Part shown: piece after piece, positions 8,606 to 17,667 of the stretch
Position numbering within the stretch: position 1 is the stretch's first letter
Layout: every line of letters starts with the position of its first letter
From: an uncultured Deinococcales bacterium
GTDB taxonomy: Bacteria; Deinococcota; Deinococci; Deinococcales; JAAFIG01
Direction: 5' to 3'
Length of the DNA stretch: 24,414 nt
Assembly (NCBI GenBank): GCA_964247135.1
Contig: CAXTTL010000047.1
Coordinates: forward strand, 1-24,414
The notes under the pieces: model-generated
What the model was told of the DNA's origin: nothing
Seen by the model: the letters and a program-made list of their open reading frames with translations, nothing else
The model's database searches: none
Made by a program: the position numbers and the translations under genes

Positions 8606-9562
8606 TTAAATAACAGGGCAACGCAACGCCTCCCCGTTCAGCGCCCGCACGGCTTCCTCGGCTGCCAGACGTTGCAAGCGTTCCATCGCATCCTCGGAGT
8701 ACCATGACATGTGAGGGGTTAAATGCACTTGCTCGAGGTCACGCAGCGGCGAGTCTGGCTCGAGCGGTTCAGTTTCAAAAACGTCCAGGGCTGCACCAGC
8801 GAGTTGCCCAGCACTTAGAGCTTTAGCCAGCGCCTGGGTGTCAATCAGTCCACCTCGAGCGGAGTTGACCACAATGGCGCTCGGTTTCATGGTTGCCAGG
8901 CAGGTTGCGTTGATGAAGTGTTGCGTGGCTGGCGTTAACGGGCTGTGCAGGCTGATGGCATCGGATTGGGTCAGCAGCCTCTCGAGCGAACAAAGTTCAA
9001 CGCCGAGTTCCTGGGCTTTTTCGGGAGTTAACATCGGGTCGCTCGCCATAAAGCGGCAACCAAACGCTCGCAAGCGCTCGAGGACCGCCTGCCCGATTCG
9101 TCCCAAACCAACAAATCCGATGGTGGTGCGCTTCAGTGGCAGGATCGGTCTCGAGACGCCAATGCCGTTCCAACCGCCAGCCCGTAATTCTTTTTCGAGC
9201 GGCACGAGTTTGCGCAGCAGGCTTAAGATCATGGCAACGGTGTGGTCGGCGACTTCGTCCAGGCAATAATCGGGGACGTTCGCCACCCGAACCCCGAGTT
9301 CTTTTGCGGACACCAAGTCGATGTTGTCCACACCCACGCCGTAACGGATGACGGTGGCATTCGGGGACAGCGCCTCGAGGACGCGTCTGGTGATGGGTGC
9401 GAATTGAACCAGCACCACCTTTGCCCCTCGGGTCGCGGCGATCACCTCGCTTTCGGTTTTGCACTGGTGTGATCTTAGGCTGGCACCGATTTCCCCCAGG
9501 ACGCTGCGTTCAGGCTCGAGGTTTGGAAAGCTGGAGTCGGTGACGGGTACAATGTTGTTCAT
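8606..9562 (-). CDS. D-isomer-specific 2-hydroxyacid dehydrogenase (CtBP/PGDH-like), 318 aa
   Basis: RYGVGVDNID, NVPDYC, Rossmann GFVGLGRIG, VNSARGGLID, ALDVFETEP, LTPHMSW. ATG at 9562 lies 2 nt after the upstream stop. Confidence 0.9.
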   Translation of the reverse strand: MNNIVPVTDSSFPNLEPERSVLGEIGASLRSHQCKTESEVIAATRGAKVVLVQFAPITRRVLEALSPNATVIRYGVGVDNIDLVSAKELGVRVANVPDYCLDEVADHTVAMILSLLRKLVPLEKELRAGGWNGIGVSRPILPLKRTTIGFVGLGRIGQAVLERLRAFGCRFMASDPMLTPEKAQELGVELCSLERLLTQSDAISLHSPLTPATQHFINATCLATMKPSAIVVNSARGGLIDTQALAKALSAGQLAGAALDVFETEPLEPDSPLRDLEQVHLTPHMSWYSEDAMERLQRLAAEEAVRALNGEALRCPVI

Positions 9563-9564
9563 GC

Positions 9565-9879
9565 TTAATCCATGTGCCATTGCAAGGGCAAAAGAAACGG
9601 AAAATTGGTGCTCGAGTCAATCTCCACTTTCATGATTGGAGCCATGAATTTGCCCCAACGGGCATTGACTTCGCTGGCGTTTAAGGCGGTGATGGTGGCG
9701 TTCAAATCGTCGGTTTCAAAATAACCAAACAGCGTCAAACCATGCTTAAAAATTGAATAATTGCGAACCCCCGCAGCACTTAATGCCTCGAGCATTTCTG
9801 TCCAGATTTCGTCGTGACGTTTTTTGTACTCGGTTTCGTAACCAGGGCGAATCTCGAGTACCCAAGCGTGGTGTGCCAT
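9565..9879 (-). CDS. rhaM: L-rhamnose mutarotase family protein
   Basis: EYKKRHDEIWTEM...GVRNYSIF...LFGYFE...RW..MAPIM signature; GGAGG RBS; 104 aa. Confidence 0.85.
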   Translation of the reverse strand: MAHHAWVLEIRPGYETEYKKRHDEIWTEMLEALSAAGVRNYSIFKHGLTLFGYFETDDLNATITALNASEVNARWGKFMAPIMKVEIDSSTNFPFLLPLQWHMD

Positions 9880-10650
9880 TTACCTGCCTCCTTTGGTTTG
9901 CTCTAAATAATCAAAAATAATGGTGCCCGCCACCAGCGTAAAATCTGCCCGCCAGTAAAAACCTTCCAGCATCTCGAGGACGGGCAGTTTGAAGACTGGG
10001 GCTTGAACGTTGGCTCGCAGTTCGACGCTGCACCATCCGCTCCAGCATTCGTGAACTTTGACGTCCGCCAGTCGCCTGGCGGTCAGTTGCCGAATGGCGG
10101 GTGTACCCGTGATGTGGTTGACGGCTTTGAGGTTGATGTTCAAAGCAAAATCCATGTATTTCTCGAGCGAGGAGATGTTGTCTTTTTTTTGTTTGTACGC
10201 CAGCGTGCCCGTGATCACATCGATGCCGTTGCGGGTCAGCGTCCCAACGAACAGATCGCCCCGAGCCTCGAGTTTTGGTTCGCCAAATTTCTTGGGTTGC
10301 CCGTGCACTTCGCGTCCGTGTGCCACGCCAATGTCGCTCGAGAGGAAAAAGTACGGCGAGTATGAACCCGCCTCGCCACCTGGCAGTTTTGCCCCGACCA
10401 TGACGTTGCACTCGCCGTAAGCGCCAATCCAGTCCACGTCGTTCATCTTGTAAATATGAATCATCACGGTGTCGTTTGTTGGCTCGAGCGGCGGTGGCAA
10501 AAGCTTGCGGATGGCTTCTGGGCTGCTGCGGTAGGTCAGGGTCAGGACTTCGGCGTTTCTAAAACTGATTGGAAAAGGCGGCACCATCGGCGCATCCCAA
10601 GGCGTCGAGAAGTCGCCTCGCAGAATCTCCTCGAGTTTCAAGCTGTTCAC
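9880..10650 (-). CDS. Acetoacetate decarboxylase (ADC) superfamily protein
   Basis: STP..AP, LPPPLEP, GAYGE and GREVHGQPKK (Schiff-base Lys motif). GTG start overlaps the upstream TGA (GTGA). Confidence 0.85.
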   Translation of the reverse strand: MNSLKLEEILRGDFSTPWDAPMVPPFPISFRNAEVLTLTYRSSPEAIRKLLPPPLEPTNDTVMIHIYKMNDVDWIGAYGECNVMVGAKLPGGEAGSYSPYFFLSSDIGVAHGREVHGQPKKFGEPKLEARGDLFVGTLTRNGIDVITGTLAYKQKKDNISSLEKYMDFALNINLKAVNHITGTPAIRQLTARRLADVKVHECWSGWCSVELRANVQAPVFKLPVLEMLEGFYWRADFTLVAGTIIFDYLEQTKGGR

Positions 10651-11396
10651 GCGCCGCCCTCAGTCAAGCGCGGGGCATCGGCGGGGGCGGGTTTGCCCAC
10701 GCGCTCATAGTATTCGGCTGGGATGTCTTTGGGGTCTTTGTAAATGTACCAGGTGCAGTTGCCGTCGCCGGTGTATTCGGTCACGCGCATCGGGTGTCCG
10801 TAGTGTTCAATCGCCAGAATTTCGTTGACAAAGGCGCAATGCCCGCAGTAATGACAGACCTCTTTTTTGCCCCAAGTCCAGTCGTGGGCTTCGCGGTCAA
10901 ACCCAAACAATTCAGGGTTTTTCTCCTCGCCCGCCTGCAAGCGCAAGATTGCCACCCCACCAGAACCGCAAGGCTCGAGACTAATTTTCCAGCGCTTGCC
11001 CTCGTCGGTCACTGGCACTTCGCCGCGCCGCCCTGGTCCCATCAAATGACCGCGCAAACCCTCGACCGAAAGTTGCAACTGGGTTTCTGGACTCGATGCC
11101 ATGACCTTGTCGTAACGGTCTTTGTAATAACTGCCCAGAATCGCGCGAAACGCCCGCTCCAGACCTTCGCTGCCCTGGGTTTGGTCAATGTAACTGAAAA
11201 AACGCCAAGCCCATTTGACGTACATGTCATGCACGACCTCCCATTCTTTACGGGCGTACTCGAGACGGGTTTTCGCCAACTCGAGATCGCCCGCATCGAT
11301 GGCGTCTTCGATGGCGCTGAGGGTCGAAATGCCGAGTTGTTCTGGGGTGTCTTGGCGCAAAAAACGCCCGAGCAAATCTGATGGCGCTAAATTCAC
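10647..11396 (-). CDS. Hypothetical Cys/His-rich protein (PCGSGG...CHYCGHC...C), possibly V4R-like and metal binding
   Basis: GTG with AAGGAG RBS; 249 aa; translationally coupled to the ADC-family gene. No family confidently recognised. Confidence 0.75.
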   Translation of the reverse strand: MNLAPSDLLGRFLRQDTPEQLGISTLSAIEDAIDAGDLELAKTRLEYARKEWEVVHDMYVKWAWRFFSYIDQTQGSEGLERAFRAILGSYYKDRYDKVMASSPETQLQLSVEGLRGHLMGPGRRGEVPVTDEGKRWKISLEPCGSGGVAILRLQAGEEKNPELFGFDREAHDWTWGKKEVCHYCGHCAFVNEILAIEHYGHPMRVTEYTGDGNCTWYIYKDPKDIPAEYYERVGKPAPADAPRLTEGGA

Positions 11397-11461
11397 AATA
11401 ACTCCTTTTCAACAGCTCGAAATGTTTTGGCGCTTAACGTTGCTGAGGTGTTTGGGTTTTC

Positions 11462-11485
11462 GTAGGAACGGCAACCATGCCCGTT
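11462..11485 (+). repeat. Single GTAG-type REP-like element GTAGGAACGGCAACCATGCCCGTT
   Basis: GTAG followed by an imperfect AACGG..CCGTT hairpin in an intergenic gap. Confidence 0.4.
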
Positions 11486-11549
11486 TGGTGAGGTTAAGAT
11501 AAGGCTTTTTGACTTGATTTATGAAGGGCTTTTCTGAAAAAAATTATTG

Positions 11550-11608
11550 GTAGGGTGCGCCTTGCGCACCGTTGTTAACGTATTCATGGTGCGCGGGGCG
11601 CACCCTAC
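11550..11608. repeat. REPIN-like inverted pair of GTAG REP sequences
   Basis: GTAGGGTGCGCCTTGCGCACC (11550-11570, +) and GTAGGGTGCGCCCCGCGCACC (11608-11588, -). They are 19/21 identical, each with an internal GGTGCGC/GCGCACC stem, separated by 17 bp. Confidence 0.8.
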
Positions 11609-11631
11609 GGGTTTGATGTTTTCAATGAATC

Positions 11632-12414
11632 TCATTGCTTTTTGGGAACGCTCGAGTATCCACTCCAACCGCCCGTCACGCTGATGGTTTCGGCGGTCAT
11701 GAACTGCGCGTCCTCGCTTGCCAGGTACGCCACTGCGCCAGCCACGTCCTCGGGTTTGCACCAGCGCCCGAGCGGAATGCCTTTTAAAACGTTTTGCTCG
11801 AACTCTTCCCAGCCTTGACCGAGCAAATCGGCTTTGGCGCGAAACCATTTTTCCATGCCCGTACCAGGTCCAACGTGCCCAGGCGCGACCGCGTTGACCG
11901 TAATTTGGTACGGTGCCAACTCGAGCGCCAGGCACTGCGTGAATGCCAGAATCGCACTTTTGGAAGCCACGTAAGCGCTCGAGTATGGGTTGCCCGTGAT
12001 TTTGGTGATGATGTTGATGATCCGTCCAGACTCTCGGCGCATGAGGTGCGGGGCAAACGCACGGCAAACGAAAAAGCAACCTCGAGCGTTGGTGTTTTGA
12101 ATGGCGTCCCAGTCTTCGTCGGTCAGGTGGATGGCAAGTTTTTGAATGTGAATGCCGGCGTTGTTGACCACAATGTCCACCCGACCAAATTGCTCGAGCA
12201 CCCTTGCCGCCAACGCGTTGACCGACTGGCTCGAGCTGACATCGGTCTGGACGGCAAGACCGCCCAATCCTTGCGCGGTTTTTTCGGCTTGCTCGAGGTT
12301 GAGGTCGGCAATCACGGGCGTTGCCCCCTCGGTGGCGAGCCGAGCGGCGATGGCTTGACCGATGCCAGCCGCCCCGCCCGTGATGACCGCAATTTGTCCC
12401 TCGAGTCGTTTCAC
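11632..12414 (-). CDS. SDR family NAD(P)-dependent oxidoreductase, 260 aa
   Basis: TGGAAGIG, VNNAG, YVASK, VNAVAPG. GTG at 12414 with GGAGG RBS overlaps the upstream TGA. The ORF-track 431-aa version is an over-extension. Confidence 0.92.
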   Translation of the reverse strand: MKRLEGQIAVITGGAAGIGQAIAARLATEGATPVIADLNLEQAEKTAQGLGGLAVQTDVSSSQSVNALAARVLEQFGRVDIVVNNAGIHIQKLAIHLTDEDWDAIQNTNARGCFFVCRAFAPHLMRRESGRIINIITKITGNPYSSAYVASKSAILAFTQCLALELAPYQITVNAVAPGHVGPGTGMEKWFRAKADLLGQGWEEFEQNVLKGIPLGRWCKPEDVAGAVAYLASEDAQFMTAETISVTGGWSGYSSVPKKQ

Positions 12415-13220
12415 AAAAACCTCCGCAGCAGGTCGCGCATTTTGACGGTTTCGGTCAACACATCGTCGTACAGGGTTCCCATATAATCTTGATGAACATA
12501 CTCGAGCGCCAGAAATCCCGCATATCCAGCCTCGCGCAGGCTGCCGAGCAGCGCGGGGAAGTTGATGGTTCCAAGCTCGAGTTTGCTTTGCAGCACACCC
12601 ATTCTGGCTTGCCGCAAGTGAAGGTGTGCGGCGTGAGGCAAGAGCACATCGATTTCTTCTTGATGGTAGCCCAGACAAACAAAATGCGCATAATCGAGCA
12701 CCAGTTTTAAACCTGGCACCCGTTCCAGCAACTCGAGGGTCAAGTTTGGTGACTCGAGGTAGGAATGCACGTGCGGCTCGGTGGCGAGGGTCACGCCAGA
12801 ATCTTGGGCGATGGGCAACAGCGCCTGCAAGGCTTTGGCGGATTGCTCGAGCGCGGCACGTCTGGTTTGTCTGGGGTTGACGATGCCAGGCAAGACCATC
12901 ACCGACGGGATGTTGGCGACCTGGCAAAAACGCATCACTTTTTTAAAATCCTCGAGGTTTTCATGCAAGCTCGAGTCGAGCGCCAGGTTGCGGGCTTCAA
13001 GACCTTCGCCGAACAGGTGGTAAAAATTGGCAATTTCAACGCCCAGGCTCGCCAGCTCAGCCGCCAGCGTTTCGGGATGCTCGAGCAGTGCGGCACGGTT
13101 TAGTCCCGAAGCGTAAAAATAACCCAGGTCGATGGCGGGAATATCAATCGCTCGAGCGATGCCTGCAACTTCGGATAAAGTACAAGCTGGGAATGACCAC
13201 GATGTCACACTCAGTTTCAT
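12411..13220 (-). CDS. Sugar phosphate isomerase/epimerase family (xylose-isomerase-like / AP endonuclease 2 TIM barrel)
   Basis: Metal-ligand pattern LATEPH, LDYAHF, HLHLRQ, GTINF..L....GYAGFLALEY; ATGA overlap with the upstream gene. Confidence 0.85.
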   Translation of the reverse strand: MKLSVTSWSFPACTLSEVAGIARAIDIPAIDLGYFYASGLNRAALLEHPETLAAELASLGVEIANFYHLFGEGLEARNLALDSSLHENLEDFKKVMRFCQVANIPSVMVLPGIVNPRQTRRAALEQSAKALQALLPIAQDSGVTLATEPHVHSYLESPNLTLELLERVPGLKLVLDYAHFVCLGYHQEEIDVLLPHAAHLHLRQARMGVLQSKLELGTINFPALLGSLREAGYAGFLALEYVHQDYMGTLYDDVLTETVKMRDLLRRFL

Positions 13221-14278
13221 TGAATTTGCTCCACCTTTCCGCTGCTGGCACTTTTGTACGCCGCCTCGAGCACTTCCACGGCACGCATGGCAACCTCGCC
13301 AGGGGCATCATTTTCGACGGTTGCCCCCAGGCAAATCTCGATAAAGCGCTCGAGCGGTTGATAGGTTTCATACGCGCCGTCGCCGTCTTTTAAGGGCACA
13401 ACCGTGTTGCGGTGGTCGTTGCGCCGAACCTCGAGCCGTTCGCGTTCGATGTCGAGCAGCATCACGCCATCAGAGCCAAAAATGCGAATGTCAATCTGGT
13501 ACTGCTTTAAGTCAATGCCATCACCACTCGATTTGGGCAGCGTCGCCGCGCCAGAAATCACGCCCGTCGCACCGTTGGCAAGCCGCAAATTGATCGCGTC
13601 GTAATAATCCACGCCTGTGCTCGAGCGTCCCATCCAGGCAAAAACCTCTTTGGGTTCGAGCTTGATGATTCCAAACAACAAACCCAGCGCGTGGCAGAGT
13701 TGCCCCCAGCCGTAGCCGCCAGCCCGTTCTGGGTCAGCCCAGGTCGAAGCTGGCGGGCGAAAAATCGCGCTTTCAGTCTCGAGCATCGGTTCGCCGCCGA
13801 ACAAATCCGAGAGTGCCGACGCCATCTGGCAGACAAAATGTCGCGGTTCGCCGATCTCGGCTGCCAGACGACGGGCTTCTCGAGCAAACGGTCTAAAACT
13901 CCAGCCTTGCGGAATCATGATTTGCTTGTTTTTGGCGTGTGCCAGCGCCACCAAGGCTCGAGCCTCTGCGCCCCGTGTGGCGACAGGTTTTTCGACCAGC
14001 ACATGAAAGCCGCGCTCCAAAGCGGCTTTGGCGTGTTCAAAATGCAGCACGTGCGGCGAACTGATGACCACACCATCAAGCTCGAGTTCCAGCAATTCAC
14101 GGTAATCTTCGGTGGCATGGCTAAAACCAAACTGGGTTTTCACCAACTCGAGTTCCGCCGCGCCCAGACGACAGACCGCCACCAGTTCGACATCGTCTCG
14201 AGCCGCATAAAACGGGATTTGTACGCTGGTCGCCCACCAACCCGCCCCAATAAAACCGATTCGCGCCCGAGGACTCAT
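13217..14278 (-). CDS. Gfo/Idh/MocA family oxidoreductase
   Basis: RIGFIGAGWW, SSPHVLHFEHAKAAL..G.HVLVEKP, AGGYGWGQLCH, EAAYKSA; ATGA overlap. Confidence 0.92.
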   Translation of the reverse strand: MSPRARIGFIGAGWWATSVQIPFYAARDDVELVAVCRLGAAELELVKTQFGFSHATEDYRELLELELDGVVISSPHVLHFEHAKAALERGFHVLVEKPVATRGAEARALVALAHAKNKQIMIPQGWSFRPFAREARRLAAEIGEPRHFVCQMASALSDLFGGEPMLETESAIFRPPASTWADPERAGGYGWGQLCHALGLLFGIIKLEPKEVFAWMGRSSTGVDYYDAINLRLANGATGVISGAATLPKSSGDGIDLKQYQIDIRIFGSDGVMLLDIERERLEVRRNDHRNTVVPLKDGDGAYETYQPLERFIEICLGATVENDAPGEVAMRAVEVLEAAYKSASSGKVEQIQ

Positions 14279-15048
14279 GTGACCTTGACCTTTTTTGCAG
14301 TCGGTTTGGCTTTCAAGTTTTTTTCTTTGGCTTGCGCCCGCTTAAATTTGGCGTGAGCCGTTCGCACCCGTTCCAAATGCGCCCGCATCGCCGCCGCCGC
14401 GCCGTCCGCATCGCGGTTGCGCAGCGCCTCGAGCACCCGCAGGTGCTCAGCGTGACTGACCCGAGGGATGCTCCAGGATTGCACCGTGGCTTTGCGATTG
14501 CGGTTGATCAGCGTCCGGACGCTGTGAACCACCCGCTCGAGAAAAATATTTTCGGTGGCTTTGGCAATCAGCATGTGAAATTTCGTGTCCATCTCAAACC
14601 ACGCCAGCAGCGCATCCAACACCGGTTCAGTGCTTTTCAGACAGGCTGAAAGTTGTTCAATCAACGCGTCGGTCATTTTGGCGGCTGCCATTCGAGCCAC
14701 CTCACCCTCGAGCATAATTTGCGCCTCAAACAAGGTCTCCAGCCGTTGATCCTCGAGGTTAAAGTAAAAATCCAGCGGTGCCAGCAAATCCTGCGAGGTC
14801 AAATTGGACACGAACACGCCACCGCCCTGGCGAATGTTGAGTGCCCCCATCAGGGACAGGGCACGCAACGCCTCGCGCAAGGTTGGACGGCTGACCCCCA
14901 AATTGCTGGCAAGTTCACGTTCGGCTGGAAGTTGCTGCCCTGCCACCAGCACACCCGCCTGAATCAGTCCAAGAATGCGTTGAACCACCTGTTCGGCATT
15001 GGTTTGGCGGGTGATGGGTGCGCCCATGTCTTCGGATTGCGTTTTCAT
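14275..15048 (-). CDS. GntR family (FadR subfamily) transcriptional regulator
   Basis: GQQLPAERELASNLGVSRPTLREAL..L wHTH; FCD motifs DTKFH..IA.AT.N and EH; GAGG RBS. Confidence 0.93.
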   Translation of the reverse strand: MKTQSEDMGAPITRQTNAEQVVQRILGLIQAGVLVAGQQLPAERELASNLGVSRPTLREALRALSLMGALNIRQGGGVFVSNLTSQDLLAPLDFYFNLEDQRLETLFEAQIMLEGEVARMAAAKMTDALIEQLSACLKSTEPVLDALLAWFEMDTKFHMLIAKATENIFLERVVHSVRTLINRNRKATVQSWSIPRVSHAEHLRVLEALRNRDADGAAAAMRAHLERVRTAHAKFKRAQAKEKNLKAKPTAKKVKVT

Positions 15049-15085
15049 CTGACCTCACTTTGACACGACACGATTCCGAACCGCA

Positions 15086-16087
15086 TTAATCCCCCAACAC
15101 CCGACTGCGCAATTGATCCAAACCGACCGCCAAAAGCAAAACAATGCCTTGGGTCACGGTTTGCCAGAAGCTCGAGACGTTCATCAAGACCAAGCCGTTG
15201 TTTAAAGTCCCAAGAATCAGAACCGCCAGCAGTGTGCCCCAGACATTGCCGCGCCCGCCAGACAGACTGGTTCCGCCCAAGATCACGCTGGCGATCACGG
15301 TCAGTAAGCTGTCCTTGGTGATGTTCGCGGCACTCGCGCCAAGCATGGCGACCAAAACCAGACCACTGAGGGCGCCGCTGACCCCAGAGAGCACAAACAA
15401 CCTGGTCATGACCCCGTTCACGGGCACGCCCGCCAATCGGCTGGCGTCGGGGTTGCCGCCCGTGGCGTAAACAAAGCGCCCAAAGCGGGTTCTCGAGAGC
15501 ACCCAGTGCAGAGCAAAAAAACCAATCACCATTAAAATAAGGGGCATCGGAATGCCCAGCACCCGCCCCGATCCCAGAAACGCAAAGGCGGGGTCTGAGA
15601 TCGAGGCGGTCAAACCGCCCGTCAGCACCAGCGCGATGCCTTCGACGACGTTCAGCATTCCCAGGGTGGCAATCAGTGGGTTGATCTTGATGCGGGTCAC
15701 CGAAAGCGCGTTCAGGAAGCCGATGATCGCGCCGAGCAGCATTGAGACCACGCCAGCCAGCCAGATGTTCATGCCCGTTTTGGTCAGCAAACCCAGCACC
15801 ACACCGCTCATGCCCGCGACGGCTGCCACGGACATGTCAAGTCCGCCGGCAATGATCAAAAGCGTTTGAGCGCCCGCCATCAAGCCGATCACGGCGTTGT
15901 TGGTGCCGATGTTGAGAAAATTTTGCATCGAAAAAAAGAATGGTGAACTGAGCGAAAACACCAGCAGGATCAACACGTAAAATGCCAGCAGGACACCGAC
16001 ACCCGTTGGGTTGCGAAACGCCCCAAGAATTCCAGCCCAGGTATTGGCTGGTTGAGCTTTAACGGTGGACGGTTTGGGCGGCTGCAT
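15086..16087 (-). CDS. Sugar ABC transporter permease (RbsC-like, CUT2 family)
   Basis: GGLDMSV, INPLIATLG, TRFGRFVYATGGNPDASRLAG, VILGGTSLSGGRG; AAGGAG RBS. Confidence 0.95.
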   Translation of the reverse strand: MQPPKPSTVKAQPANTWAGILGAFRNPTGVGVLLAFYVLILLVFSLSSPFFFSMQNFLNIGTNNAVIGLMAGAQTLLIIAGGLDMSVAAVAGMSGVVLGLLTKTGMNIWLAGVVSMLLGAIIGFLNALSVTRIKINPLIATLGMLNVVEGIALVLTGGLTASISDPAFAFLGSGRVLGIPMPLILMVIGFFALHWVLSRTRFGRFVYATGGNPDASRLAGVPVNGVMTRLFVLSGVSGALSGLVLVAMLGASAANITKDSLLTVIASVILGGTSLSGGRGNVWGTLLAVLILGTLNNGLVLMNVSSFWQTVTQGIVLLLAVGLDQLRSRVLGD

Positions 16088-17570
16088 GTATCAACTCCTT
16101 TGTGGTCACGCCACGTTCAAAACGCGCGGCGACCCGACCGCGATCAAGCACAATCATGCGGTCGCTGAGGTTCGCCACCTCTTCAACGTCGCTCGAGATC
16201 ATCAAAATCGCCAGCCCCTGGCTCGAGAGGGTTCGCAGGGCGGCATAAATTTCTTTGCGGGCGCCAACGTCCACGCCACGGGTCGGTTCTTCCATCACCA
16301 ACAGTTTGATGCCGTCGGCAAGCCAGCGTGCCAGCATGACTTTTTGCTGGTTTCCGCCAGACAGATAACGCAATTTTTGGCTCGAGCCTCTGGTGCGAAT
16401 GCCCAGTTGTTTGATCCAGCGTTGCACGTAATGTTCCTCGAGCGGCACGGACAGGCTTAAACCTTGCAGGTAACGCCCCAAAAAAGGCAGGGTCATGTTT
16501 TCGCGCACCGAGCGTTCTGCCAGAATGCCTTCGCGTTTGCGTTCGGCGGCAATATAACCCACGCCTTGCGCGATGGCATCGGTCGGGTCTCGAGGTTTGA
16601 AGACTTGACCCGCAAGTTGCACACTGCCTGTCGGTTTGTTGCCGAGCGCCCCAAACAAGGCTTTGCCAAGCACCTCGATGCCGGAACCGATCAAACCAAA
16701 AACCCCAACAATTTCGCCGCGCCGCACGTTCAAAGCCACATCCTCGAGCTTGCGTGCCAGGCTAAAGTGCTCCACCTCGAGCAGCACCTCGCCGAGTTCG
16801 GCTTGCCCTTCGGGGTACAAGCCCTGCACCGTATCGCCCAGCATGGCACCAATCACCTGTTCTCGAGAGGCTTGGGCGGTGACAAACTGTCCGGTCACGC
16901 CACCGTCGCGGAGCACCTGAATGCGGTCCGAAATTTCAAAAACTTCATCCATGCGGTGCGAGATGTAAATGATGCTGACCCCACGGGTTTTCAGGCGTCT
17001 GATGATCTCGAACAGGCGTTGCACCTCCTGCTCGGTCAGCGCCGCCGTGGGTTCGTCCATCACCAGCACCCGCGCCTGCCCCGAAATCGCTCGAGCAATC
17101 TCGACGATGCGCTGCTCGGCAACCTCCAAGGTTTTTAAGGCGGCTCGAGGGTTGACCTGAAGTTGCAAATCGGCGAGCACCTCAAGCGCCCTTTGATCCA
17201 TTTTTTTGTCATCGATGCTCGAGATTCCAAAACGCACTTTGGCGGGCAGGTCGGCGATCAAAATATTTTCGGCTATCGTCATTTCAGGAATCACCGAAAG
17301 CTCTTGCGGCAAAATTCGTACACCGCTGGCGATGGCGTCCAGCGGACTGGAAAAATGCACCAGCTTGCCGTCGAGTTTGATCGTGCCAGCGTCTCGGGCA
17401 TAATCGCCACCCAAAATTTTCACCAAAGTGCTTTTGCCCGCGCCGTTCTGACCCAACAGCGCCAGCACCTCACCCGCGCCAAGCTCGAGATCAACGTCCA
17501 TTAAAACGCTGACCCCACCAAAGGATTTGCCGATGCCGCGCATCTCCAAACGAGGAATGGTATCGGTCAT
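16059..17570 (-). CDS. Sugar ABC transporter ATP-binding protein (RbsA-like, two ABC domains)
   Basis: GQNGAGKST Walker A, MDEPTAAL, YISHRMDE, LSGGNQQKV, EEPTRGVDVGA. Confidence 0.96.
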   Translation of the reverse strand: MTDTIPRLEMRGIGKSFGGVSVLMDVDLELGAGEVLALLGQNGAGKSTLVKILGGDYARDAGTIKLDGKLVHFSSPLDAIASGVRILPQELSVIPEMTIAENILIADLPAKVRFGISSIDDKKMDQRALEVLADLQLQVNPRAALKTLEVAEQRIVEIARAISGQARVLVMDEPTAALTEQEVQRLFEIIRRLKTRGVSIIYISHRMDEVFEISDRIQVLRDGGVTGQFVTAQASREQVIGAMLGDTVQGLYPEGQAELGEVLLEVEHFSLARKLEDVALNVRRGEIVGVFGLIGSGIEVLGKALFGALGNKPTGSVQLAGQVFKPRDPTDAIAQGVGYIAAERKREGILAERSVRENMTLPFLGRYLQGLSLSVPLEEHYVQRWIKQLGIRTRGSSQKLRYLSGGNQQKVMLARWLADGIKLLVMEEPTRGVDVGARKEIYAALRTLSSQGLAILMISSDVEEVANLSDRMIVLDRGRVAARFERGVTTKELIHAAAQTVHR

Positions 17571-17601
17571 ACACGCCTCTCGAGATTGGTGGCAGCAAAC
17601 A

Positions 17602-17631
17602 CCCCAACACCCAGGAGCGTGGGTGTTGGGG
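17602..17631 (-). terminator. Perfect 12-bp stem-loop between the SBP and ATPase genes (mRNA stabiliser or partial terminator)
   Basis: CCCCAACACCCA-GGAGCG-TGGGTGTTGGGG, with only a short TGTTT tail on the minus strand. Confidence 0.65.
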
Positions 17632-17667
17632 GCGGGAGGGGAAGAAAAGAAGTTGTTGACATGGGGT

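Noticed and set aside
12415-12927. 431-aa version of the SDR (apparent fusion)
   Set aside because: The extension lies in another frame of the TIM-barrel gene. GTG 12414 has an RBS and GTGA coupling.
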